From: an archaeon
Lineage (GTDB): Archaea; Asgardarchaeota; Thorarchaeia; Thorarchaeales; Thorarchaeaceae
NCBI GenBank assembly: GCA_024275415.1
Contig: JAJRZD010000020.1
Coordinates: 57,821-89,820 of the forward strand
Direction of reading: 5' to 3'
Length of the DNA stretch: 32,000 nucleotides
The notes below the pieces were generated by a model. It searched no databases. It was not told the DNA's origin and saw only the letters and a list, made by a program, of their open reading frames with translations. This document shows, in pieces, positions 1 through 11,064 of the stretch; position 1 is the stretch's first letter; each line of letters begins with the position of its first letter. A program made the position numbers and the translations under genes.

Positions 1-697
1 CAAGTAAGGCGATATCAATCAGCTGCTCTCGTGAGATGCCTAACAATCTCAAGTTCAGGTCTAAATCAATCAATTCCGGAGAGATTATCTTGAAGGTATT
101 AGTTCGTGAAACGCGTCTTTTGCCTGAAACTGAAAGGTTCCGTATCATTCTTGGACAATTATATAGGAGAGAGTCATTGTCTTGGCTTGCACTAGCATAC
201 ACCATGTTCTCCCTAGCCATCTGTGCTGCCAGCGCTTCACCCTCAGACGGAGCTTGTATCCATGGGATACCCATTGCGGTCAACAGCCGCTTGCTCTCGT
301 CAATCATCCCAGTGGTGAGTGTGGAGCTTGCCTGTGCTGCTTTTCGCGCATCATCGATTCGTCCTTCTTTCTTAGCAAGCTGCCATTCTTCAAATGCAGC
401 TTCACGAACCGCTCGCCGCCTCTCAACTTCTCCAGACTTGAGTTTGGGCGGTTCACCATCAAAGACATAAACTGGAAGTATCCCTTGTTCGAGAAGGTTC
501 ATATTGCGATAGAATATCCCGCTTAGGTGGCTAGTGACTCTTCCTTTCCGATCCATGAGGGGAGTTCCATCACGCTGTCTGATAGTGGAGAGAAATTGGT
601 ACAGGGTATTGAACGCATCTATAGCAACCTTCTTCCCTGCGAGATCAGATATTGTTATTTTCTGAGCTTGTATGATGTCAGAGAGTTTTGTCCCCAT
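1..697 (-). CDS. fen: Flap endonuclease 1 (partial, runs off the left edge; not in the ORF track)
   Basis: Manual minus-strand translation from ATG 697 gives MGTKLSDIIQAQKITISDLAGKKVAIDAFNTLYQFLSTIRQRDGTPLMDRKG...GIPWIQAPSEGEALAAQM...SQDNDSLLY. These are the hallmark FEN1 N- and I-domain motifs. Confidence 0.95.
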   Translation of the reverse strand, partial: MGTKLSDIIQAQKITISDLAGKKVAIDAFNTLYQFLSTIRQRDGTPLMDRKGRVTSHLSGIFYRNMNLLEQGILPVYVFDGEPPKLKSGEVERRRAVREAAFEEWQLAKKEGRIDDARKAAQASSTLTTGMIDESKRLLTAMGIPWIQAPSEGEALAAQMARENMVYASASQDNDSLLYNCPRMIRNLSVSGKRRVSRTNTFKIISPELIDLDLNLRLLGISREQLIDIALL

Positions 698-850
698 TGA
701 ATCCGCTCCAACACTCAGTAGGAGTGGTTTATCATATATCATTTGAGGAGTGCTTCCTAATGAGTACTCTTCGGTAAGTTTATAATATTCCCAAAGGTGG
801 CGACAGGAGACCAACACCAAATATTTGGCTCTGGTGATACTTTGTCAACA

Positions 851-1018
851 ATGAAGACGATTAGGTGCACATCGTGCCACGGTTCAATTTCTCCCAAGGA
901 GGATAGTGTAAAGATGCAATGCCCAAACTGTGGAGTTGCTACAATATGGCGTTGCGGATCATGCAGGAAGTTCTCTAACCGGTATTCCTGCCCAAACTGT
1001 GGCTTTGAGGGGCCATGA
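851..1018 (+). CDS. Small Zn-finger protein (DUF1610/HVO_2753-like)
   Basis: Four CxxC pairs (CTSC, CPNC, CGSC, CPNC) and a C-terminal GFEGP. It lies directly before aEF-1beta, a conserved archaeal pairing. ATG 851 is preferred over the track's GTG 797. Confidence 0.85.
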   Translation: MKTIRCTSCHGSISPKEDSVKMQCPNCGVATIWRCGSCRKFSNRYSCPNCGFEGP

Positions 1019-1035
1019 TTCAAGGAGAGATAGAA

Positions 1036-1305
1036 ATGGCAAGAGTGATTATCACAATTAGAGTGATGCCTGTAGATATTGATGTGGATCTAGAAGGTCT
1101 ACTTGAACAAATCAGACAGAACATCCCTGAAGGCACTGATGTTAGAGCGAATGAGATCGTGCCTGTCGCATTTGGTCTCAAGGCACTCAGGATAAATCTG
1201 GCAAGAGACGAATCGTTAGGGGGAACTGACGATATCGAAGAGGCAATCAGCAACCTTGAGGGCGTTTCACAAGTCGAGGTTGAGGTTGTTTCAAGAATCT
1301 CTTGA
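1036..1305 (+). CDS. ef1b: Translation elongation factor aEF-1beta
   Basis: RVMP..DVDL, PVAFGLKAL, GGTDDIEEAI and VSQVEV motifs. ATG 1036 follows an AGGAG-like site. Confidence 0.95.
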   Translation: MARVIITIRVMPVDIDVDLEGLLEQIRQNIPEGTDVRANEIVPVAFGLKALRINLARDESLGGTDDIEEAISNLEGVSQVEVEVVSRIS

Positions 1306-1448
1306 TAGACGAAATGCCACCTAGTTTATCTCATAACTCATAGTTTAAATTAATAATTTCCCGCCGGTGCATACCGGCCACTAACATAGTCGGTTATATG
1401 GGACAGACAAGACTCAATAGTGATAGTCTGTACACAAAGGAGATATAG

Positions 1449-3692
<2,244 letters not shown>

Positions 3693-3701
3693 TGAAGTCA
3701 A

Positions 3702-3962
3702 GTGGCACCATGGAATGCTATACCCTTAAGGAATCTGATCCTGAACATAATCCACAAACGGAAAGGGATTATCCTTGATGATGAGCTGATTCGGGCTTTG
3801 GAGAAGGAAAACGGAACAAAACCCAGTGAGGCCGAGTTGAACTCCGCCCTCCTAAAACTAGAGATAAATGGCATTGTCCATGTCAGTCAAATCACAAAAA
3901 CAAAGCGACGAATCGAGGTTATCACCGAAGCACATGAATTCCTTCATGTAGATGAAGACTGA
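3702..3962 (+). CDS. Small hypothetical protein, probable winged helix
   Basis: 86-aa ORF 9 nt after cdc48 on the same strand. Helix-helix-helix-beta-hairpin pattern (ELNSALLKLEINGIVHV). Confidence 0.7.
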   Translation: MAPWNAIPLRNLILNIIHKRKGIILDDELIRALEKENGTKPSEAELNSALLKLEINGIVHVSQITKTKRRIEVITEAHEFLHVDED

Positions 3963-3988
3963 CTGCCTATTACTAGGAGGTATGGCCA

Positions 3989-4450
3989 TTGTCGGGAAAA
4001 AAAGTACTGGCAGCTGGCAAGTTCGATATATTGCATCTCGGGCATCTGGCATATCTCGAACAGGCGAAGGAACTCGCGGGCCAAGAAGGACAACTCATTG
4101 TTGTGATTGCTAGGGATGATACTATTACACGGGAGAGAGGGGCTCCTCCAGTGTTTCCACAAGAACAGAGACGAAGACTTGTGGAGGCTCTTGATGTGGT
4201 CAACTCAGCTGTTGTGGGATACAAGACGGATGACCACACCAGAATAGTCGCGGATATCAAACCAGATATCATAGCTTTGGGGTATGACCAACTGACTAAT
4301 GTGGAGGGTCTCAAGCAAGCCATTAGATTGAAAGGACTACATACTGAGATAGTCCGGTTGAAAAAACGAAACGCGGATGGTCTTTGTTCATCAACCCTCA
4401 TCCGAAAAAGAATCATCCAGTTCTACAGAGAAAATGGGACGCCCGAGTGA
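3989..4450 (+). CDS. ribL: FAD synthetase / cytidylyltransferase-family protein
   Basis: GKFDILHLGH (HxGH) motif, VVIARD, QRRRLVEAL, PDIIALGYDQ and SSTLIR. TTG start 8 nt after AGGAGG. Confidence 0.85.
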   Translation: MSGKKVLAAGKFDILHLGHLAYLEQAKELAGQEGQLIVVIARDDTITRERGAPPVFPQEQRRRLVEALDVVNSAVVGYKTDDHTRIVADIKPDIIALGYDQLTNVEGLKQAIRLKGLHTEIVRLKKRNADGLCSSTLIRKRIIQFYRENGTPE

Positions 4451-4452
4451 AC

Positions 4453-5811
4453 TCAGATGATAAGTTCACCACGGGATTCAATCTCCTGACGTTTCCGAGC
4501 CAGAGCCTCTTGTCTATCGAACATCCACCGCCAAATTAGGAAAACGATGAATACAGATACGCCGAGTACTCCCAGATACGCATATGTCCACACACCTTGT
4601 GGGAAATGCAACAGAAGGTCGGGTAATGGTCCATTCCAGAAATATGGGAAATTAATGACGACCCCGAAGGCGTATAGAAGACCGACGATGGTAATCAGTT
4701 TAAGATATGCAATTGCCTGACGATCATCGTCAAGCAAGAAGATCAACGCCCCAAACCAGAACAGATACCAGGGCATCACCCATCGGAACGCGAATAGTAG
4801 AGTGGGTATCATATAGATATAAAGAGGTTGCAGCAGTTTCAAGCGTCCCCACCAAGAGGCCTTGAGGAATGCCTCTTTCTCCGGTAAGAATTGATGCACT
4901 GTGATGAGGATAAATGCCAGTACGAGTACCAATGGAATAAGAGCGGGATACCACTGATATGTCGAGCCCTCAGGGCCCCAGACATCCGGCGTCCCCCAAG
5001 CTAGTCCTGGAAAGAGAGGATTCACAATGAACGAGCTGTAAGAGGAGCTGTTCAAGAAATGGGATATAAGAGAATCATAGTTCTGCCCTGCCACAGCAAG
5101 TGGAACAACTGTGATCATAATAGATGCGAAGAACCAAATCAGTGATGTGGGGGCGCTAAGAAACAGGACAGGCAATGCAACGATGGAGTATATCTTCGTC
5201 TGAAATGAAAGCCCTAATGTGAACATCGCCTTGTTGTTTTGACCCTCGCTTCGTAGTACGAGTGCCATAAGCAAGAGGCAGTCTGTAAGTGGCTCAAGCT
5301 TCCCGCCGCCTGCAGACATTATCAGTCCATAGATGAAATATCCTGCAAAGAATAGACGGGCCCAACGAACCTTGTAAACCTTGTCACCTAATAGAATCGC
5401 CATCAATACAAGATTGAGATTGAACACGAGGACTAGGATGAAATTCATCCACATATGCTGAAAACCGCCCACTCCGGGAAACAGGAATGTCGCAATTGCA
5501 AAGAATATCAGTCCAAAGACGGGGTATTCATAGGTTATATTCCCAAGGTAGTCAGGCAGAGTGTGGTTCCCATCTTGGAAGTGTTCACCCATGGCTTCTG
5601 CAACCTCTGCATCATTCATGTCGTACACTGCAAATCCGTAGACCCAGAAAGCTTCCCCGTACATCTCGTTACGGTTTCGATCCCTTTGAATAACTAAGGA
5701 ATCGGCGATGGGAATAGCAATCATCGAGATAGCAAGACTAAGAATAAGGTACTTTCTCATCTCATATATCTTAAAGGAGATTGCATTTAGCATGTGATAG
5801 TCACCATTCAA
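4453..5811 (-). CDS. Polytopic membrane protein, probable GT-C fold glycosyltransferase (GT87/PIG-M-like)
   Basis: Many hydrophobic segments and an acidic extramembrane loop after TM1. YEYPVFG, FQTKIYS and MPWYLFW resemble GT-C motifs. The start may be ATG 5760. Confidence 0.55.
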   Translation of the reverse strand: MNGDYHMLNAISFKIYEMRKYLILSLAISMIAIPIADSLVIQRDRNRNEMYGEAFWVYGFAVYDMNDAEVAEAMGEHFQDGNHTLPDYLGNITYEYPVFGLIFFAIATFLFPGVGGFQHMWMNFILVLVFNLNLVLMAILLGDKVYKVRWARLFFAGYFIYGLIMSAGGGKLEPLTDCLLLMALVLRSEGQNNKAMFTLGLSFQTKIYSIVALPVLFLSAPTSLIWFFASIMITVVPLAVAGQNYDSLISHFLNSSSYSSFIVNPLFPGLAWGTPDVWGPEGSTYQWYPALIPLVLVLAFILITVHQFLPEKEAFLKASWWGRLKLLQPLYIYMIPTLLFAFRWVMPWYLFWFGALIFLLDDDRQAIAYLKLITIVGLLYAFGVVINFPYFWNGPLPDLLLHFPQGVWTYAYLGVLGVSVFIVFLIWRWMFDRQEALARKRQEIESRGELII

Positions 5812-5894
5812 CTTCGACTTCTTTTGATGGCTGTAGGCAAGGACGAGTAACCCATAGTTAACTCTTTTGACGAGTCAATAGGGATTGTGTGAAT

Positions 5895-5906
5895 AAAATA
5901 AAAAAA
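5895..5906 (-). terminator. Oligo-dT terminator after the PAPS-reductase-family gene
   Basis: TTTTTTTATTTT on the minus strand just after the stop at 5913. Confidence 0.5.
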
Positions 5907-5912
5907 CACCAT

Positions 5913-7904
5913 TCAGGTGAGATAGGTCGGACAGGGCCACTCGTCACATCGTAGGCAACTTGTGCATTTGTTTTCATCAACTGCAATTTTGCCATCGACT
6001 AGATGGAGCGCGTTACGGTCACATTTTGGGATACATGAACCACAGGCTTGACAGAAAAGCACCCGTGTGACTGCACGTTCTACTTGACGAGCAAGACGCT
6101 CTATTTGGGATTCACGTTTCCCACGAATGACAAGCGAGCCTGAGCTAAAAAGGATAATCGAGGTGTTTCCTGAGCGTATCCGTAGCGCTCCCAGCTCTTC
6201 GGAGATCTTTGCAGTCCCAAAGATTCCCAATAAGGATACAGCATGTTCTAAATCAACCCCTCCTGAGAACTGCCCTTCGAGACTCAGGTCTGCAACATTA
6301 CATGGCGAAACGCCTTTGACGATCTCCAGCTTCATCTGTTCATTAGGGGCAGGCCTTGTTGCTGATATTGCAAGACCTAACTTCTCGACAAGATTCATCT
6401 GTCCGGGAGGTAGGTTCTTCCATCGCCAGAAGCCATGGGAAATCCATTCAGAAGGATACCCGAGCTTTCGAGACCATCTTCCTAAAATAGAAGTCCACTT
6501 CTGGTGAAGGTGTGGATGTGTTTCTCTGAGGCTTTCGAGTTCAGCCAACGGTGATGCAGGGCATAAATAGCATCCCATGCGGTGGTACCCTTTCTTATAG
6601 AGTTCGTTAAATGGTGCCTGCTCACGGAAGATATACAGCCAGACCTCCAATGCATTCCAGTTCTGTATGGGATTAGCAGACACTTGACCGGGCACCCAAG
6701 GGTTCATGGTCACTCTGGGCTCTATCGAGCGTGTGAAGGATTCCAGCTTCCGTTGGCCCATGAAAGAAAGACTTTTGCCGCCAAGCTCTTTGGCTATCGA
6801 TGTGGCTGCGGGTCCAAGCTTGAGGACTTTGCAACACCATCTGAAATCTCTTGCAGGAGGACCAAACGTGTTCACAGAAACCCAGAACTGCTCACCAGCA
6901 TCAGCACCTATAATGCGAGCACCCTTCAAATCTGCAAAATCACGCACATAACGCTCAGTCTCCGGAAGTTCCAATCCAGTATTCATGAAGAAAAGGGGAG
7001 GGGGTGATATTACCACCTTCTCAACAAGCAGATATGTTACCAACGAATCCTTGCCCCCGCTGAAACCAACAACGATCGGGATGTCAGGATTCTTTGCTAT
7101 GGTACGTTTGATGAATTTCATTGCCTCTTGTTCGATATTGCATAGGTCTTCTTCATTGCCGCGTATTGCATCATCCAATCCAGCAACAACAGGATTGATG
7201 TTGGGGGGCGAAGGATCTGAAACTTCCCTAATCTTGACCGCATGTCCCCTTTTCGCTCGTGCCATGTCTTCACCAGACATCCGTGCGGTTCCAACGGCAA
7301 TCACCTCTCCCCAAGTGTCAATTACCCATACCTCGTCGCCTTTTTGGATGCTAGAATCACATCCAATCACGCCGGGTACTAATAGATTGGCTCCATCCTT
7401 GAGGAAGGAAAGTACGCCGTCATCACATGACACCCAACATTCCTTGCTGACCTGAGCAATCCTCCGGCCTCCTTCAAGAGAAGGGAGGAACTTGTAATCC
7501 TGAGTTTCAATCTCGAACCGAAGCCTTCCGACGAGATGCCCATCAACTATGACCTCAAACATCGCATCCAAGGAAGGAACCTTATTTATGACAACAATCT
7601 TCTCACTAGGGATGACCGACCTTCCTGCGCCAAGTCCAAATTGAACGTCAATCGCATTGATTATCTTTGCAATATGCCCGTCCATTGCGGGGTAAGGGTC
7701 TCCGGGAGGGGATAGCTTCACCTCACGAGGAATATTATTGCAGATAGAACACTCTGTGTTTGCGATTCGGGGAATGTTGCATGTATCACACCACCAGAAC
7801 CGAATCTTGGTCAAATAAGGGGCGTGTCCCCTGCGGAACTTTCTGCGATGCTTTCGTCGTACCAGATGAATCAGTCTCCGTCCATTAGGTTGAGCGGTTT
7901 CCAT
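5913..7904 (-). CDS. PAPS-reductase-family PP-loop protein with PUA domain and C-terminal Fe-S/ferredoxin-like region
   Basis: N-terminal Cys knuckles, PUA-like GANLLVPGV..GDEV, PP-loop FSGGKDS, RWCCKVLK, GCYLCP, and C-terminal CQACGSCIPKC...CTSCLRC. The track start 7937 overlaps aor, so ATG 7904 was chosen. Confidence 0.85.
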   Translation of the reverse strand: METAQPNGRRLIHLVRRKHRRKFRRGHAPYLTKIRFWWCDTCNIPRIANTECSICNNIPREVKLSPPGDPYPAMDGHIAKIINAIDVQFGLGAGRSVIPSEKIVVINKVPSLDAMFEVIVDGHLVGRLRFEIETQDYKFLPSLEGGRRIAQVSKECWVSCDDGVLSFLKDGANLLVPGVIGCDSSIQKGDEVWVIDTWGEVIAVGTARMSGEDMARAKRGHAVKIREVSDPSPPNINPVVAGLDDAIRGNEEDLCNIEQEAMKFIKRTIAKNPDIPIVVGFSGGKDSLVTYLLVEKVVISPPPLFFMNTGLELPETERYVRDFADLKGARIIGADAGEQFWVSVNTFGPPARDFRWCCKVLKLGPAATSIAKELGGKSLSFMGQRKLESFTRSIEPRVTMNPWVPGQVSANPIQNWNALEVWLYIFREQAPFNELYKKGYHRMGCYLCPASPLAELESLRETHPHLHQKWTSILGRWSRKLGYPSEWISHGFWRWKNLPPGQMNLVEKLGLAISATRPAPNEQMKLEIVKGVSPCNVADLSLEGQFSGGVDLEHAVSLLGIFGTAKISEELGALRIRSGNTSIILFSSGSLVIRGKRESQIERLARQVERAVTRVLFCQACGSCIPKCDRNALHLVDGKIAVDENKCTSCLRCDEWPCPTYLT

Positions 7905-7927
7905 GTGATATGAATAATGGTTTATCG

Positions 7928-9721
7928 TTATGTACAAAGATTCAACCGATCCAATGTCGCCTTTGTTGGGCGTCCATTCTCATCCCATCCCCGGAGTCTA
8001 TAATACTCGGGTAAGAGCTCATCGCTGTGAGAAACCCTGTTGCGTGAGTTGCCTTCTGGAAGGGGTTGGGAGAAACGCGCAGGGAGCTTGTCATCTTCTG
8101 TAGTGAAGCCCTCTCGATTATTGAATAGTCGCTCTAAATTATAGATCCGTTCACCAATCTCAAGGAATTCTTTGCCAGTGATATCCAGTCCGGTCCCGGC
8201 TGAAAGAAGTTCGGCGTACATGTCAGGAGTCCACGCAAAGTTTGTGAACCTGCAGACCACCATCGAGTCCATCGCAGCTGAAAGGTTCTGATATAGGATT
8301 ACAAGATCCGCCTTTCCCGTGGTCTTGTCACGATCCAGAAGCACGGGATTGGCAAGAATTTCTGGACCAATCAGATAGGAGCGCAGATGACATCCACCTC
8401 TGTTCGATGTCGCATATCCGAGCGCATGCCCTTGAGCACCACGGGGATCATAAGCAGGAATCTCAAGCCCCTTTACATGCATGGCAAGTTCTGGTGCGCC
8501 ATACTTCTCTGCAAGCCTGCGAGAGCCATCGGCCAAGTCACTGCCAAGCCCACGCCGATAGGCGATATCCTCAATGACCTTGATGAGCCCTGTCGTATCA
8601 CCGAATCTCAAGGAAGAATCAAGATTCCCGCGTTCTGTGAGTTCCATTGCACATCCAATCGTGCTACCCACCGAGATGGTGTCCAGCCCTAGGAGGTTGC
8701 ATTGATGATTTGCTTCTGTAATCCATTCCAAATCATTTATGCCACATTCGGGCCCAAATGACCAGATGGTTTCGTACTCAGGGCCTCCAACCTCCTTCCC
8801 ATGGACGCGACTAATCCGACCACATCCTATTGGGCAGCCGAAACAATTGTACGTCCGTACAGAAAGACGCTCCAAGAGTTTCTCGCCAGACACGCCCTCG
8901 GCATCATTGAATGTTCCTTCTTGGAAGTTATGCGTGGGGAGCATCCCATATTCATTAATGATATTGACAAGAACAGCGGTCCCATATACTGGTAATGACT
9001 TGTTGGTAACTGCATTCTTCTTGATGAGCCGGCGCGACCGTGTCACTACCTCACTTAGGCGTTCCTTATCGGCAACCGCAACAGTCTTTGTCCCCCGCAC
9101 GACTACTGCTTTCAGGTGCTTTGAGCCCATGACTGCACCAACACCGCCCCTTCCGGCTGCTCTGTGTTTATCATTGATGATGGCAGCCATCCTCACGAGA
9201 TTCTCGCCTGCCGGACCGATGCATGATACCTGTGCCTTAGAGTCAGTAAGGTCGAGAAGCATGTCTGTGGCTTTCGCTGTATCATGTCCCCATACTTCAG
9301 AGGCATCACGCAGCTCGACCAGATCATCGTGGATCCAGAGATATACGGGCCGTTGCGACTTTCCTTCAAAGACAATGGCGGCATAACCTGCACGTCTCAG
9401 TTGTGCACCGAAGTATCCTCCGCAGTGTGAATCGAAGACGGTTCCAGTTTGAGGGGACTTTGTTACTACTGTGAACCTACCAGCTGTAGGTACAGAGGTG
9501 GCTGTGCTGGGACCCACACTAAAGATGAGTAGGTTGTCAGGTGATAATGGGTCTATACTTGGCGGAAGTCTGTCATAGAGTATTTTCACACCCAGACCTC
9601 TTCCTCCCAAGTAATTCCGATAAAGGTCATCAGGGATAGTTTCCTTGCGAATCTCACCAGTGGTCAGTGATACATACAAAATCTGTGCGTCAGAATAAGA
9701 ATGAGAAATACCTTCGCTCAA
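7928..9721 (-). CDS. aor: Tungsten aldehyde:ferredoxin oxidoreductase
   Basis: YLGGRGLG, KSPQTG, GRGGVGAVMGSKHLKA, CFGCPIGC, GPEYET, LGLDTIS and NRGGCH: the full AOR motif set. Confidence 0.95.
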   Translation of the reverse strand: MSEGISHSYSDAQILYVSLTTGEIRKETIPDDLYRNYLGGRGLGVKILYDRLPPSIDPLSPDNLLIFSVGPSTATSVPTAGRFTVVTKSPQTGTVFDSHCGGYFGAQLRRAGYAAIVFEGKSQRPVYLWIHDDLVELRDASEVWGHDTAKATDMLLDLTDSKAQVSCIGPAGENLVRMAAIINDKHRAAGRGGVGAVMGSKHLKAVVVRGTKTVAVADKERLSEVVTRSRRLIKKNAVTNKSLPVYGTAVLVNIINEYGMLPTHNFQEGTFNDAEGVSGEKLLERLSVRTYNCFGCPIGCGRISRVHGKEVGGPEYETIWSFGPECGINDLEWITEANHQCNLLGLDTISVGSTIGCAMELTERGNLDSSLRFGDTTGLIKVIEDIAYRRGLGSDLADGSRRLAEKYGAPELAMHVKGLEIPAYDPRGAQGHALGYATSNRGGCHLRSYLIGPEILANPVLLDRDKTTGKADLVILYQNLSAAMDSMVVCRFTNFAWTPDMYAELLSAGTGLDITGKEFLEIGERIYNLERLFNNREGFTTEDDKLPARFSQPLPEGNSRNRVSHSDELLPEYYRLRGWDENGRPTKATLDRLNLCT

Positions 9722-9733
9722 GTGGGGTTCCTC

Positions 9734-10555
9734 CTAATCATAGAATACGTTGTCGTCGCGATGTTCACAGGTCACACACCTCTGCTTATACCAGAGATAC
9801 ACTTCCTTGGGTTGTTTTGCCATGCTCGCTTTGCGGCTTGGGCAGGTCCAACAAGGCTTGTCAGGTTCCATCCATGAATCGCTGTATTGCGCCCATCGAA
9901 AGTCCTCGACTATAGCAACTCCAGCACTTGCGCCAATCCTATCGGCTCCGGCTTCGATGACTCGCCAAGCATCCTTGAAAGTGCTTATCCCTCCGGCAGC
10001 CTTGACACCCATTGATGATCCTACAGTTTCCCGCATGAGGCGAACATCATGAGGCGTTGCACCCATCGGACCAAAACCTGTGGATGTCTTCACGAAATGG
10101 GCTCCAGCCTCCTTGCAGATAAGGCAAGCTTCCACCTTTTGCTCGTCAATCAGAAGACCAGTTTCAAGTATCACCTTGACATGAGCGTCGCCTGATGCAG
10201 CAACGACAGCCTCGATATCACTCCTGACAAAATCGGTATTGCCATCTCGCAGAGCCCCTACATTCATGACCATATCAATCTCGTGAGCACCATTTGTAAC
10301 AGCCTCTTTGGCTTCAAATGCCTTGGATGTAGAGGTCATAGATCCCAATGGAAATCCCACAACACTGCAGATCTTGACATCACTATCTGCTAGGAGTTCG
10401 GCAGCATATGCAATATGAACAGAATTCAGACATACAGCATAGAAACCATAGGTCTTTGCTTCTCCACATATTTCCTTGACCTTGCTACGTTTTGTGTCCG
10501 CCTTCAGAACAGTGTGGTCTATCATCTTTGCAAGCTTCTCTACAGTGAGATCCAT
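9734..10555 (-). CDS. deoC: Deoxyribose-phosphate aldolase with a Cys-rich C-terminal extension
   Basis: IDHTVLK, VVGFPLG, EIDMVMN, KVILET, FVKTSTGF, VKAAGGI and RIGAS, plus about 54 extra residues. Confidence 0.95.
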   Translation of the reverse strand: MDLTVEKLAKMIDHTVLKADTKRSKVKEICGEAKTYGFYAVCLNSVHIAYAAELLADSDVKICSVVGFPLGSMTSTSKAFEAKEAVTNGAHEIDMVMNVGALRDGNTDFVRSDIEAVVAASGDAHVKVILETGLLIDEQKVEACLICKEAGAHFVKTSTGFGPMGATPHDVRLMRETVGSSMGVKAAGGISTFKDAWRVIEAGADRIGASAGVAIVEDFRWAQYSDSWMEPDKPCWTCPSRKASMAKQPKEVYLWYKQRCVTCEHRDDNVFYD

Positions 10556-10651
10556 AGGAGCAACTCCAGACGATATGAAGAGTCCGTTCCGTTATTAACA
10601 TCTTCGTCCGGAGATAGAGGGATGGTCGACCACAATATTTCGTGTAGTGAA

Positions 10652-10987
10652 TCATCTGCCTCCAAGATAGCTGCGGATATCATCTAGAACCTCTTTCTGA
10701 AGTCGTACCACATCATGGATCTCAAGTTCCTCCGCATCATTCACCACAGAGTTCAGCTGAACAACCGTCCCTATTGTGTCGACCTTGCTAAAGTCTACAG
10801 GAAACTCTACTTCTGCACCCTTCACTATCAATTCTGAACGTGTGGGATGGAGCGAAATCCTGATACTTCTGACAATGCCAATTCGACGAGCTCTGCTATC
10901 AAGAACCTCCTTTCCAAGGATCCTTCCAGGCATACTGAGTTCATAGAGTTCAGCTTCAATTGTGGGCATGTCATCCTTGTTTGTCAT
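10652..10987 (-). CDS. PRC-barrel domain protein
   Basis: ILGKEVLDSRARRIGIVRSIRI...SELIV...VDFSKVDTIGTVVQL matches the PRC-barrel pattern, followed by a C-terminal helix. The start could be a downstream ATG. Confidence 0.75.
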   Translation of the reverse strand: MTNKDDMPTIEAELYELSMPGRILGKEVLDSRARRIGIVRSIRISLHPTRSELIVKGAEVEFPVDFSKVDTIGTVVQLNSVVNDAEELEIHDVVRLQKEVLDDIRSYLGGR

Positions 10988-11064
10988 CTATACCAGCTCT
11001 ACTATGATGAATATGTAGGAGCCTTTTTACAGTGTGTAATACCACATATGTATAAGGAATCTCG

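Noticed and set aside
36-526. Plus-strand ORFs 36-470 and 182-526
   Set aside because: Antisense shadows of FEN1. The same applies to the many short track ORFs lying opposite or inside recognised genes.
1363-1378. GCCGGT-GCAT-ACCGGC hairpin after an AT-rich box upstream of cdc48
   Set aside because: A single 6-bp stem with no second copy seen. It could be chance.
3982-4004. Out-of-frame ATG before an A7 run at the ribL start (possible homopolymer frameshift)
   Set aside because: The ATG is only 1 nt from AGGAGG, while the in-frame TTG is optimally spaced, so no frameshift is needed.
5913-7904. PAPS-reductase-like gene as DndC (phosphorothioation)
   Set aside because: Its PUA/ferredoxin architecture is the common archaeal type, and no dnd/ssp/pbe genes are nearby.
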